64,000 bases of DNA from Eledone cirrhosa (lineage: Eukaryota). Shown here one piece after another: positions 28,937 through 41,327 of this stretch (its first letter is position 1; every line of letters starts with the position of its first letter). Location of the stretch: assembly GCA_964016885.1 (NCBI GenBank), contig OZ024740.1, forward strand, positions 256,060,001-256,124,000, given 5' to 3'. The notes below the pieces were generated by a model. It had not been told where the DNA came from. It worked only from the letters and a program-made list of their open reading frames with translations, and did not search any database. Position numbers and translations under genes: made by a program.

Positions 28937-29917
28937 AAAAAAACTATTTTATAAATATTGACATATCCAGAAACAAGAACTTATCGTTTTAAGTTCATTT
29001 CAGATAGTGAAAGAAATTTCAAATCTTAGGATTAAATATGTTAATGAGGCTAAATGTACAGTTGAAAAAGATCGTTATATTTAGACGCTAGGTAAATTAA
29101 AATAATTATTAGGATAATTTTTAATTTTTTTATTTTTAAGGTAAGAAGAGAGAGATGTTAATATTAATATTAGGGTGTAAGAACATTTAAGGAATGAGTA
29201 TAATAAAACAAGTATATTCTATTTAGAAATACACTATTATTATTAAAATATAATTGTATGGATCAAATCAGTGATGGTGTAAAGAGAGTGATATAATTAC
29301 AATTACTTATTTAATTATATAATTATATATTTTGATAGTATCTATAAAATAATATGAGAATTATAAATGTGTTGAAGTGGTGGAATACCAATTTCAAAAA
29401 TTGAGAGATAGTACTAATTATTGGATCTATTCAAATCGTGAGTTATAATATTATATAGGTATTTATAAGTATATTTGATGAAGAATTAAAGTTGTAAGTA
29501 TAATTTACTTTATTATATTACAACAGGTTATTTATATAAATATTTATATAAATATTAATATAAATATTTTGGTGAGTATATATGTTTTTTTCCTTAGATA
29601 GATAGTTCACATATTTTTATATATGTTAAGGTTTTTGAAAAATTTCGTGTTTACATTTTCAATATATAGTTAAGAAAAAGAAGTAGTTCTATTTTTATTA
29701 GAGATGATTATTTTGTGCATTTAATAGTTCAATCAAGAAAGTTTAGTACGTTAACGAAATTATACAGAAAATTTAATATTTATGTAAAATTTAGTTGTTA
29801 CTTAGAAGAAATTATAAAGGAATATATAACTCCAATGTTTCTTAGTTAAAATAGTTAGGTTAAATTTGTCTTTTATACTAGAATTTAATTTAAAAGAATA
29901 TTCAATTAAGATATATG

Positions 29918-29974
<57 letters not shown>

Positions 29975-30136
29975 TTAATACAATAACAGAGATAGTTTAA
30001 AGCTAATCTCTGACTGGTAACCATCTCACTCAACAAACATTAGGTTATATTTTAATATAAACCCAATTTAGGTGTTTGTGGAAAAGCCAGTTGTATTATT
30101 TTATGAGATATAATTAAAGTTAAAATATATCTCTCT

Positions 30137-30261
30137 TTCCAAACAATTGTTTCATTATAAGTTTTCTACAAATTCGGAGAATATTTCCAGTTTATGTAGA
30201 AGCCTAATATACATTCATGTAAGAATATATTTAGGTGGGCGCTTATAAATCATCAGTGGAA
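30137..30261 (-). ncRNA. Type-I hammerhead with a long helix-II insertion
   Basis: Reverse complement: TTCCA-CTGATGA-TTTATAAG...CTTATAAT-GAAA-CAATTG-TT-TGGAA. Confidence 0.7.
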
Positions 30262-31134
30262 GCCCATTAAACCTTGATATAAGAAAAACATTTCTTACCA
30301 CGGTTAAAAATCATGTCCGTTAAGTTGCTCCTTCCCGCATCGAATGACCGGCAAATTTGAAATTCCAGCAGTTTTTGACTGGGGAAGTGTTATAGCGTCA
30401 CTAAGCGGGAAGGGGAGACAACTACGATCCACAAAAGGAGGAAAAAAATAATATACACGCGGGTTAATCAGTTTATTCGAAAACATTATCAATCCAACGT
30501 GTTAAGAACTCAATTGAAATTAAAAAAATAAATATATGCGTGTATAAATTACACACGCATATAGATATTTTCTTAGGCTAAAATCAGAGGTTGTACCTGA
30601 ATAAGAAACTGCATCTCGTAACCGTAGTAAATACGGAAAGTTATGCTTTAAAGGGCAAATGGGAATGTAAATCTCCGGCCGAATTAAGAGTAAAGTATAA
30701 AACACACGCGGGTTAATTAGTTAATTCAAAACTAATATCAATTCTTCGTGTAAAGAACTGAATTAATTTAAAAAAATAAATGTATGCATGTAATTATATA
30801 CATAGGCATATATATATTTTCTTAGGCTAAAAAAACCGAGAAGTTACAACCAATAAAAACCACAATATCGCACAACAGTAATAAATACGGAAAGTCAAAT
30901 TTATAAAGTACCTGGAAATAAACACCTCTGGCCAATCAAGAGTAAAATATTAATACGATAACAGAGATAGTTTAAAGCTAATCTCTGACTGGTAACCATC
31001 TCACTCAACAAACATTAGGTTATATTTTAATATAAACCCAATTTAGGTGTTTGGGGTGCTAACAATATGTATTATGTGGAAAAGCCAGTTGTATTATTTT
31101 ATGAGATATAATTAAAGTTAAAATATATCTCTCT

Positions 31135-31259
31135 TTCCAAACAATTGTTTCATTATAAGTTTTCTACAAATTCGGAGAATATTTCCAGTTTATGTAGAAG
31201 CCTAATATACATTCATGTAAGAATATATTTAGGTGGGCGCTTATAAATCATCAGTGGAA
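31135..31259 (-). ncRNA. Type-I hammerhead with long helix II (second copy)
   Basis: Matches 30137-30261. Confidence 0.7.
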
Positions 31260-31267
31260 GCCCATTT

Positions 31268-32550
31268 CTATATACTTTCCCCTTCGCTGTGACCTGTCTT
31301 TTTATCTTCCCTTACTGCTATCCTCTTTCTCTCTCCCTTTTCTCTCTCCTTCTTCCTCTTACTTTCATTCACCCCCTCTGCTAGTCCACCCTCTCTCGGC
31401 TAGCCTCTTCCTCACACTTTCACTCACTCACTCTCTCTCTCACTTCCTCCATCGTCCCACACCGTACGAAATTCTTTCCTCGCTTACTTTCGCACGGTTA
31501 AGATGTATCTTTCGTCTTCTCGTCAATATTCGCAAGTTCTCATGTTCAAATGAATCATTGACTTGATTTTCTAATTTTTCCCCTCTTTACGTTGCCTCAC
31601 CATTCGTCACCCTCTTCCTCACACTTTCACTCACTTATCCTCTCTCTCACTTCCCCCATCGTCCCACACCGTGCGAAATGCTTTCCTCGCTTACTTTTGC
31701 ACGGTTAAGATGTGTCTTTCGTTTTCTCGTCAATATTCGCAAGTTCTTATGTTCAAATGAATCATTGACTTGATTTTCTCATTTTTCCTCTCTTTATTGT
31801 TCACGCTAGCCGGAAGTATTTGGTCTTTAATGCGAAGAAATACCTATGATGGCTAGTAGACCACTGAGGATGGATAGTCCTGGCTTCTATTTCTAATTGT
31901 TCATTTTAATTTGTATATCACATTAGCAACAACATAGCACACCATTTTTCATTCCTATATGCTTTCCCCTTCGCTGTGACCTGTCTTTTTATCTTCCCTT
32001 ACTGCTATCCTCTTTCTCTCTATCCCTTCTCTCTCCTTCTCCCTCTTACTTTCATTCACCCTCTCTGCTAGTCACCCCTCTCGGCTAGCCTCTTCCTCAC
32101 ACTTTCACTCACTCACTCTCTGCTACTCACCCTCTCGCTCACTTCCTCCATCGTCCCACACCGTGCGAAATTCTTTCATCGCTTACTTTCGCACGGTTAA
32201 TATGTGTCTTTCGTCTTCTCGTCAATATTCGCAAGTTCTTATGTTCAAATGAATCATTGACTTGATTTTCTAATTTTTTCCCCTCTTTACGTTGCCTCAC
32301 CATTCTTGTTTGTTCACCTGTCTCTCTTCTCCACTCAATTCTTTTTATCCCTATAACTTATTTTAGTTATTGTTCGCGTTAGCAGGAGGTATCTGGTCTT
32401 TAATGCGAAGAAATACATATGATGGCTAGTAGACCACTGATGATGGATAGTCCTGGCTTCTATTTCTAATTGTTCATTTTAATTTGTATATCACATATAC
32501 AACAACACACAACGCCATTTTTCATTCCTATATGCTTTCCCCTTCACTGT
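31268..32550 (+). mobile_element. Pyrimidine-rich tandem repeat with K-turn/permuted-hammerhead motif (motifs 573 nt apart)
   Basis: Unit starts at 31268, ~31955 and ~32528. Motifs at 31806-31880 and 32379-32453. Confidence 0.75.
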
Positions 32551-32563
32551 GGCCATTTTAATT

Positions 32564-32648
<85 letters not shown>

Positions 32649-32862
32649 GTTAAAAATGTACATCCACATATGTATACTGAAATACTAGTATGCATATGAA
32701 TACACACACGTGTACATATGTAGATGTACCGAGTTTTTCACTGGACACTTTACTGTGAGTGTTCAGCTAGTCTGTATGTAAACACACAGACAAACCGGTT
32801 TTTAGAGTCATACTGGTTTTCGAGGAAACACCTTTCCTCTATTCTCCAGAAAGCCAGACAGG

Positions 32863-32907
32863 AATATTGGACTAGTTTCGATGTTGTTACATCTCATCAG
32901 CAATATT
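32863..32907 (-). ncRNA. Minimal type-I hammerhead ribozyme
   Basis: Reverse complement: AATATTG-CTGATGA-GATG taacaa CATC-GAAA-CTAG-TC-CAATATT. Confidence 0.9.
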
Positions 32908-33327
32908 TACCTATCCTCCGGCCTTTCTAGAGAATCGTAAAAACACATATCGTTATATGCTTTTTCTATGAAAATTAGTAGTGGGCAGACTAATTTGCAT
33001 AGAGCGTGAGTACGTACCGGTTCAGCGGAGACGATAAAAACAAATAACGAAACGAAATTAAATTTCGTTTCGTTTGTAACTCACTTTTGTATGACTGACG
33101 CTTAAACAATTAAGTTAAAAATGTACATCCACATATGTATACTGAAATACTAGTATGCATATGAATACACACACGTGTACATATGTAGATGTACCGAGTT
33201 TTTCACTGGACACTTTACTGTGAGTGTTCAGCTAGTCTGTATGTAAACACACAGACAAACCGGTTTTTAGAGTCATACTGGTGTTCGAGGAAACACCTTT
33301 CCTCTATTCTCCAGAAAGCCAGACAGG

Positions 33328-33372
33328 AATATTGGACTAGTTTCGATGTTGTTACATCTCATCAGCAATATT
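33328..33372 (-). ncRNA. Minimal type-I hammerhead ribozyme
   Basis: Identical to 32863-32907. Confidence 0.9.
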
Positions 33373-33636
33373 TACCTATCCTCCGGCCTTTCTAGATTTC
33401 AGTATACATATGTGGATGTACATTTTTAACTTAATTGTTTAAACGTCAGTCATACAAAAGTGAGTTACAAACGAAACGAAATTTAATTTCGTTTCGTTAT
33501 TTGTTTTTATCGTCTCCGCTGAACCGGTACGTACTCACGCTCTATGCAAATTAGTCTGCCCACTACTAATTTTCATAGAAAAAGCATATAACGATATGTG
33601 CTTTTACGATTCTCTAGAAAGGCCGGAGGATAGGTA

Positions 33637-33681
33637 AATATTGCTGATGAGATGTAACAACATCGAAACTAGTCCAATATT
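33637..33681 (+). ncRNA. Minimal type-I hammerhead ribozyme
   Basis: AATATTG-CTGATGA-GATG taacaa CATC-GAAA-CTAG-TC-CAATATT. Canonical core, GUC site. Confidence 0.9.
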
Positions 33682-33968
33682 CCTGTCTGGCTTTCTGGAG
33701 AATAGAGGAAAGGTGTTTCCTCGAAAACCAGTATGACTCTAAAAACCGGTTTGTCTGTGTGTTTACATACAGACTAGCTGAACACTCACAGTAAAGTGTC
33801 CAGTGAAAAACTCGGTGCATCTACATATGTACACGTGTGTGTATTCATATGCATACTAGTATTTCAGTATACATATGTGGATGTACATTTTTAACTTAAT
33901 TGTTTAAGCGTCAGTCATACAAAAGTGAGTTACAAACGAAACGAAATTTAATTTCGTTTCGTTATTTG

Positions 33969-34008
<40 letters not shown>

Positions 34009-34046
34009 CAAATATCGAAACGAAATTAAATTATATATATATATGT

Positions 34047-34263
34047 GAAGGCGTGTGGCTGAGTGGTTAGAGAATTGGATTCACAATCTTGAAGTTGTGA
34101 GTTCGATTCCTGGACCGAGCGATGCGTTATGTCCTTGAGCAAGGCATTTTATTTCACGTTGCTCCTTCTACCTGGAGTTGCGACCGATAGATAGTATTAG
34201 CAACTGGAAAGACCAACGGAAACATTGTTTCCTCGGTCCGATTTGACGAAAGTCGATCGCTCC
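34047..34263 (+). mobile_element. tRNA-headed SINE with structured tail
   Basis: TGGCTGAGTGG / GAGTTCGATTCC boxes; CCTTGAGCAAG core. Confidence 0.85.
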
Positions 34264-34265
34264 TT

Positions 34266-34322
<57 letters not shown>

Positions 34323-34398
34323 CGAAGGAAATGTGGTAAGGAACCAGGTGGACCATAACGCACTAAAGTACTCAATATTTAGGGTAGCAGAGTGGGTA

Positions 34399-34508
34399 AT
34401 AGGAACCAGTAAGACCCCGACGGCTGAGCTCAAGCCGTTTCGACGGCTAATTCTCAGAGAATTAGCCGTCGAAACGGCTTGAGCTCAGACGTCGGGGTCT
34501 TACTGGTT

Positions 34509-34513
<5 letters not shown>
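34399..34513. repeat. Near-perfect fold-back carrying only the 3' half of a hammerhead on each arm
   Basis: GAAACGGCT..AGCCGTC-GGGG (helix III + GUC). Same family at ~20300-20370 and 61905-62085. Confidence 0.75.
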
Positions 34514-34550
<37 letters not shown>

Positions 34551-34575
34551 TATAAATATTAATAAAATAGATGTT

Positions 34576-34630
34576 CATTTTATTATACATATTTCGGATG
34601 TACAACAGTACGTCCTCATCAGACAAAATA
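34576..34630 (-). ncRNA. Minimal type-I hammerhead ribozyme
   Basis: Reverse complement: TATTTTGT-CTGATGA-GGACGTAC tgtt GTACATCC-GAAA-TATGTA-TA-ATAAAATG. Confidence 0.8.
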
Positions 34631-36037
34631 TAATGATACATGACATACCCTGAGATGTTAAATGGTTAAAATTTAATCAAGGTAGTGATTAACCTAAGAG
34701 AAAATTTAACATTTATACCCTAATAATGAGAAAATGAGAAAACGTAATAAATTCAATAGAGAATGTGTGAGTAAGAAAAACGTTGCCTAATGTAACAGTT
34801 ATAGAGATTTTAAAATGTATGATACTACAATTTATCAGGGAAAGCGGTCAATGAGAGCTGCTGGGATAGGATATGTAGAAGGAGATTTTCCGAAAGTTAA
34901 ACGGTTAAGTTTGAAAATATTTAATTTATGTTATCTTAGGGTGAAGAATCAAGATTTTTAGGTTTTCTTTAAAACTTAGTGGTTATTTATATATTAGTTT
35001 TGTAAATTTTATAAGTGTGTTAACATTTCTAAGCTTCTGAATTTTTTGAGGATAACATTTAAAGGGTTTAGCTGGCCATTAATAAGGAAAGTTTACACTG
35101 TTGAATATTTTCCTAAATGTAATCTTTAATGAAGTTAATCATTGTCAACGTATTAGGTATGTAACGCTTTTGAAGTACTTATTGTTAGAAATATTTAAAT
35201 AACGGTTATGTATATAGATATATATTAATTAATGAGCCAGTATATTTTAGGTAAATGATAATGAAAATAAAAATAAAATAATAGATTGAGGCATGTTAAA
35301 GTTAAATATATCCCCATACATAACCGTGTGTAAATGTATTAACTATTTCTAGCTCAAAGCAAAAACAATCTAAAAATTTAGAAGTTAACTGAAAATTATG
35401 TATAGATAGATATAGGGAGTTATATATGGATATATCTTATATTAGGTATTAATGATACAGTATACTTTAGGTAAATGATAACGGTTATAATTTTATATAA
35501 TAAAGTTCTACGTGTTAAAGTTAAATACATATATATAAGAAAAACAATAATAAATGCATGGATAATTCATAGTTCAAAATAATAATAATTTATAATTTGG
35601 ATATTTTCTCTATATTTGAATCATGGATATAAGAATGCGGTAGGTATATTTAAAAACATAGAAAATATAATTACATACATATTATAAATAAGAGATCAGA
35701 AACGCATGAAAAATTCACAGTTATAAATAAGTTCAGTAAAGATGTAAGGGTTGGATATAAAACTCGGATTTAAAACTTAAATAGGAAGATAAGGATAGAG
35801 AAATAAAGAAATAATGGTATGGATCAAAGTTAACAGAATAATGTTATTGAACAAGTGTCTTTCATTCGAGCATTATTTCTTCTATTTTATTAATATTTAT
35901 ATTCTAATATTAATAACTCTGGAAAATTATTTTTTCGTAGAGTGCTTCCAATCTACTGTAAAACTCATTCTTTGATATACTCATTGAATTTTGTTTAACT
36001 CTTCAATATACTATATATATATAGATATAGATATAAG

Positions 36038-36252
36038 TGAAGGCGTGTGGCTGAGTGGTTAGAGAATTGGATTCACAATCTTCAGGTTGTGAGTTCGATT
36101 CCCGTACCGAGCGATGTGTTATGTCCTTGAGCAAGACACTTTATTTCACGTTGCTCCTTCTACCTGGAGTTGCGACCGATAGATAGTACTAGCTATTGGA
36201 AAGATCAATTGAAACATTGTTTCCTCGGTCCGATTTGACGAAAGTCGATCGA
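36038..36252 (+). mobile_element. tRNA-headed SINE with structured tail
   Basis: Copy of 34047-34263. Confidence 0.85.
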
Positions 36253-36796
36253 TATAGCATATATATATATATATATATATCGGATAGGGTGTGGTAAAAA
36301 CCAGCTAGACCATAACCCTAAGAAAGGTGAGGTAGATACATTAAAATTAAAATATAAATTAGAATGAAGGAACCCACCTTTATAAATATATATCACACAC
36401 GTAAAAACTCAGAGATTGTTTCGCCAGAAAATTAGTGTTTGGATTGAACTCACCCAGGTTCATCAGCGTGTGGTAACTAAATACATTCCAAACGATTCAA
36501 AGAGAACTTAAAGTAACTGCCTTGCAACACGTGGGAAAGAGATGGGAATCTGTGTATGAGACAGTAGACAGTGCGTTAGTCCCTGTAATTCATGATCTCA
36601 AAGGTAAAAGAACACACACGCTCTCTATTGTGTTTTCTTTTCTATATTATATTTGAAGAGCATGAGATTCTTGAATTACAGGGACTAACGCGAGTTTCTG
36701 ACTCCGTTACTTCATTGTGTTATATGTATATACACATATATATATATATACATATATATATGTATATATACAAACATATATATATATATACACACA

Positions 36797-36840
<44 letters not shown>

Positions 36841-36909
36841 TAACAGATTAAAATTTAAGCTGAGAATCGCTGCTTTCACTCTTAACGGGATGTTCTGAAA
36901 CTAAAAAGA

Positions 36910-38290
36910 ATCATTCTGTGAACGCAGAAGTAAATATTTCGAAAAGCGTTGCAACCGAAGTAAAACAGGAACACGATACTTTGGTTCGTAAAGACGTTCC
37001 CTGGCAATGAACGGAACACCTGCCGCTCCTGTTTTTCTTCATCCGATACATAGATGATATATTCATCCTCACATCATCCCTTGAAGAGGCCGACATAACA
37101 TCTACAACATTTTCAAACACGAATAACAACATACGATTTACCACAGAACTCTCCAATAAAAATGATTCCTTGTCTCTGCTGGACTTCCAACTTAAAGTAA
37201 CAGAAGAAGGTATTATATATGACAACTTCTATAGGAAAGCTGCCAGCAGAGACCTGTTTAGCCGTTATAGATCAGCCTTTCCCTTGGTGCTAAAACCGGA
37301 TACATTAGAAATGTACGCGTATCCGGAATAGATGTAGCAAGACAGAGGACAAGATCACTCACACAGCAGACTTCGTAGATGTACAGAAGACGAACGGATA
37401 CCCAACATCCACAGTGAATCAACTTAAGAATCGAAGGGACCGCAGGCATAAGACCTCCTCTAGCACCTGCTTCATGAAATTACCACATTTCAGCAAAAGC
37501 ATAACCACAGCTATCCGCAAAGAAGGACTGGACATATAATTAGCACATTGCGGCCCTTGACTGCGTGGAATCCTGTCTAAAAAGCAGTCCAGAGACAACA
37601 AGAATCAATGCTCGCTGACTAACTGCTCTATCCGCGTTACAGGTATGTGCCAGTGGACACATGTGGTATACCGGATTGAATGCAACAAATGTAAGGAGTA
37701 CTACATTCGTAGCATGACTCGAGCATTCTATACTCGCATTAAAGAACATCTCCAGACACACGTATCCTCATTCGAAAAACACATCGACAAATGTAGAAAC
37801 ATCAACCAAGATATTACCGTTACTATTAAAGCCTGTGATAGAAATGTGGGCAATTTAATAATTAAGGAAGCCTGGCTCATACGTAGACTCAACCAGCAAA
37901 TAAATAATAGATTAGAACTCAGCACACAGTACTTAACATTAAAAGACACACCCACAGGCACAGAAACTAAACACCTCATGCAAAAAAGAAAATTGATTTC
38001 GCGAAATACTATATTGGCAATTGACGTCATTCTCGTGGAAAGCGAAATAACCATAAAAAAACGCTTGAAAACGACCTAGAAAAATTTCAATCAAAATCAA
38101 AATTTAATTCCAAAGAGAAGAAATTTGAACATTATCTACTGAGAGTTCCTTAAACCCTGAGGAAGGGACTTTTATGTCCCGAAAAATTGGACAGAAAAAA
38201 GAACAAAAAAAAAAGGGTAAATTATTTTTTGTTACCTCATCTTACAGTCCATTTTGCATAGTTTAGCCTTCTATCTCTTCCAACAGTGTG
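36910..38290 (+). mobile_element. Degenerate Penelope-like element (RT C-terminus + GIY-YIG + pseudo-LTR with HHR-like motif at 38154-38191)
   Basis: FFIRYIDDIFIL, SLLDFQL, HVVYRIECNKCKEYYI...RIKEH. Downstream CTGAGGA-A-GGGAC..GTCCC-GAAA. Confidence 0.85.
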
Positions 38291-38387
38291 TATATATATA
38301 TGTGTATATACATATATACATACATACCTGAAAATCGCTGCCCCCTCGTTATCGAGTATGGCCATTGCACGATATATCATTATTAAT

Positions 38388-38575
38388 AGCGGTGGATTGG
38401 CAGTATCGGTAGAGGGTCGGACGCCATGCTTTGCAGCACAGTTACGTCCCTTTATGGTCTGAGTTCAAATCCCGCCGAGGTTAACTTTGCCTTTCATCCT
38501 TACGGGGGTCGATAAAATAAAGTACCGGTAATACACTGGGATAATTGCTGGCCTTGTGCCAAAAGTAGAAACAAT
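38388..38575 (+). mobile_element. tRNA-headed SINE (Meta-domain-like)
   Basis: Same as 21360/43070. Confidence 0.85.
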
Positions 38576-39092
38576 TAATTAATTCTATCGTACAATGCCT
38601 GTGTGTAAAGATATTTTTTAAACTGAGGAAAGACTGTGCACTGAGCCAATCCCACTCTCTGAGCGACAGTAGCTATAACCCGAAAAGAAGAAAAGATCAA
38701 CATAATCGGTAACTACTGAGCCGCAGGTTTTATATCTGAGTTATCCCAATTTCCTGAGTTACCTTCTCCTAGAAGAATGCCCTGACAAAGGCTAGGGGTT
38801 CTTCACTCCCGGTGGTTGAACCGAGCGGTACTTGTCTATATACATAGTTAAACACTTTCGGATGGCCGTAAACTCTTATGAGTTCGTCCGCCATTTGTTA
38901 GGTTTTGTTTTTTGCCCTGCAGGGCGTCCAAAATCACCCCGTCACCAAGTAAACTGGGTGGGGTTGCCGGTTTAGTCCCCGGCGACCCGACCATGCGACA
39001 GGTTGTACTGGGTTACATGTTACCAGTAGCACTCAAGAGTGACCCGACATATACATACATATATACATACATATACATACATATATATATAC

Positions 39093-39131
<39 letters not shown>

Positions 39132-39291
39132 CATACATATATATATACATACATATACGCGCAGGCAATGCACGATAAGTTAATAAATAATTATTAATAT
39201 TGGTATATCGTGCAATGACCACACTCGATAACGAGCGGGCACCCATCATGTATATATATAAATATGTATTTATATATATGAATGTAGGTGT

Positions 39292-39339
<48 letters not shown>

Positions 39340-41036
39340 GTAAAAGGTAAGCAGAAATAACAACACTCTCGGTACAGTATTTGGAAGGGATATATTAGGT
39401 TAACGCTTGATATAGCAGGAAGAGGATCTTAACTGTACCGATTGTGTTGTTATTTCAGTTTACCTTTTACATACATATATATATATCAATGCTTACGTGG
39501 ACCTCTCAAAATTCGTTGGTTTTCTAATTGGATTTTCACCCCGAAACTGGATACCAACCCGGTGTACACCTGAACTTCCACCAGGAAATCTTTCGTATCA
39601 TTGGCATTTTCTCCCCATCCACACGCACACACATACCGACCTATACCCCACCCCACACACACCTTTTCCTGAACATGGAACCTGGTTTTCCCCAACTCTC
39701 ACATTCACATACACACACACACACACGTACACGCACACGTACACAAACACCACCTTCAGCCCTCCTCGCTCGGACACCCCGCCTCCCTCTCCCCACTCCA
39801 CCCGCCACCACCCTTATACGCCCCACACCCTTCCACCACTTGTTTATCTTCATGTTTATTTTTATTTTTATTTGTACGCCTTCCACCGTTATTCCTCCCT
39901 TTCCTTCCCCCCCTTTTTTCTAAATGTCTCTCCACCACTCCCACACACCTTCGGAACTTTCTTCCCACCCACCTTTCTCCTGAAGAAGGGCTTATGCCTG
40001 AAATGCCCCCCCCCCACTCTCAAGAGCGTGAAACTAATAAACCTTTGTTTGTACTGCCTCTCTGTTTTGTTCCCGTTCCATTTTTCACTATATATATATA
40101 TAAACGCCGCGCCGCCGTTTTTGACCGCCATATAGTACCTTTAAATTCTAGGCCTAATCATAACTATTAGCTGTATCATGCCTCCCTCTACTGGCACCTA
40201 AACAAATCCCCCTCCTGTGTAAATTAATAGTACTCGTTTGGTATAACGATGGCCTAACGACGATGGCTGACTTCCCACCAGCACACCCGAAGCCTAGAAC
40301 AGTTACATTCCTCGAGTGCTCGGAAAAATTGATTTCCATATCTTTCGCTAGACGGTTTCACTCGGAATGGCTGACACGTGGTTAGGATGGGCTGGCCGGA
40401 GTCTGCAGTCGTTGTGTGCTGTTTAACTGCTAAACAAAGACTTAATCTTTACTCTATATCCCACCCTGAAAACTTATAGAGGATCTCTATAATACACCTA
40501 AAATTTTTTTATAAAAGACTCTCTCTGTAAATTCTTTAACTAAATATCGCAACCCAAACCTTAAATTTTTTTAAAATTGTTTAATTTTTAATTTTCAAAT
40601 TTTTGAAATTTTATAATTTTAATCTTTAATTTAATTTTTTAAATTTCATCCTATAAATCTAAACAAAAATTTAACGTTCCAATTTCCTGTTCACACAATA
40701 TACCATGCAGACGCCCACTATATATACCTCTGCTATAATATATACCTCTGTTAAGATATAGGTTCTTTGGAATAACATTTTTCGTGGAAATTCCTAGCCT
40801 GATTGTAGCATGACATTAACGCTGACTTTTCTTCTTTCTTTCAGTCTATTTTTTGCTCTTTGTCCGGGAGGTTAGTAGCACATTATAAGCTTTCGCCCCC
40901 TCACCAGATAACCTTAAGTAGACCGAATAGCCAGCACTTGAGGGCGACCGGCTAAAGTGAAAGATGCTAGATGGTCGGTCGTCCTCGGGTCTATGATTTT
41001 CAGCCCCATGGATTTTATCTGTTACATGCATTTCGA

Positions 41037-41094
41037 ATACCTGATGATATCACCGGATTCATACGAAACCCGGTCATTGAAATGATCATAGAAT
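41037..41094 (+). ncRNA. Type-I hammerhead ribozyme
   Basis: ATAC-CTGATGA-TATCACCGG...CCGGTCATT-GAAA-TGATCA-TA-GAAT, then AATAAA. Confidence 0.65.
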
Positions 41095-41285
41095 AATAAA
41101 CCTTTCAAGGATTTACACAAGTCCAGCCTACTGTTATTTTATTATAATATTTAACTCCGTAGTCTCACCACCAACTACACATACGAAGACGGTTGAGCTG
41201 CTTTACGTTGAGTACTCTCCATATTATTACATCAAGATTGACCATACGGAATGACCAGCTCTATCCAGTGGTGAACCTTCAAACC

Positions 41286-41325
<40 letters not shown>

Positions 41326-41327
<2 letters not shown>

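Larger units (their letters stand above)
29975..31267 (-). mobile_element. Retrozyme-like element: two ~300-bp HHR-bearing direct repeats flanking a non-coding core
   Basis: Repeats ~29975-30267 and ~30955-31267. HHRs at 30137-30261 and 31135-31259 (998 nt apart). Confidence 0.75.
32643..33975. mobile_element. Tandem (465-nt period, - strand) plus inverted (+ strand) HHR repeat array
   Basis: Near-identical units; inversion junction at TCTAGA ~33391; (TA)n on both sides. Confidence 0.85.

Noticed and set aside
32724-33820. Thrice-repeated 68-aa ORF (MYRVFHWTLYC...)
   Set aside because: Antisense to the hammerhead. The repetition reflects recent duplication, and no domain is recognisable.
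36407-36471. Minus-strand CTGATGA...GAAAC hammerhead candidate
   Set aside because: All three helices carry mismatches; counted only as degenerate.
39975-40015. CTGAAGA-AGGGC ttat GCCT-GAAA hammerhead-like string
   Set aside because: Helix III, NUH and helix I are replaced by poly(C); at best a dead remnant.
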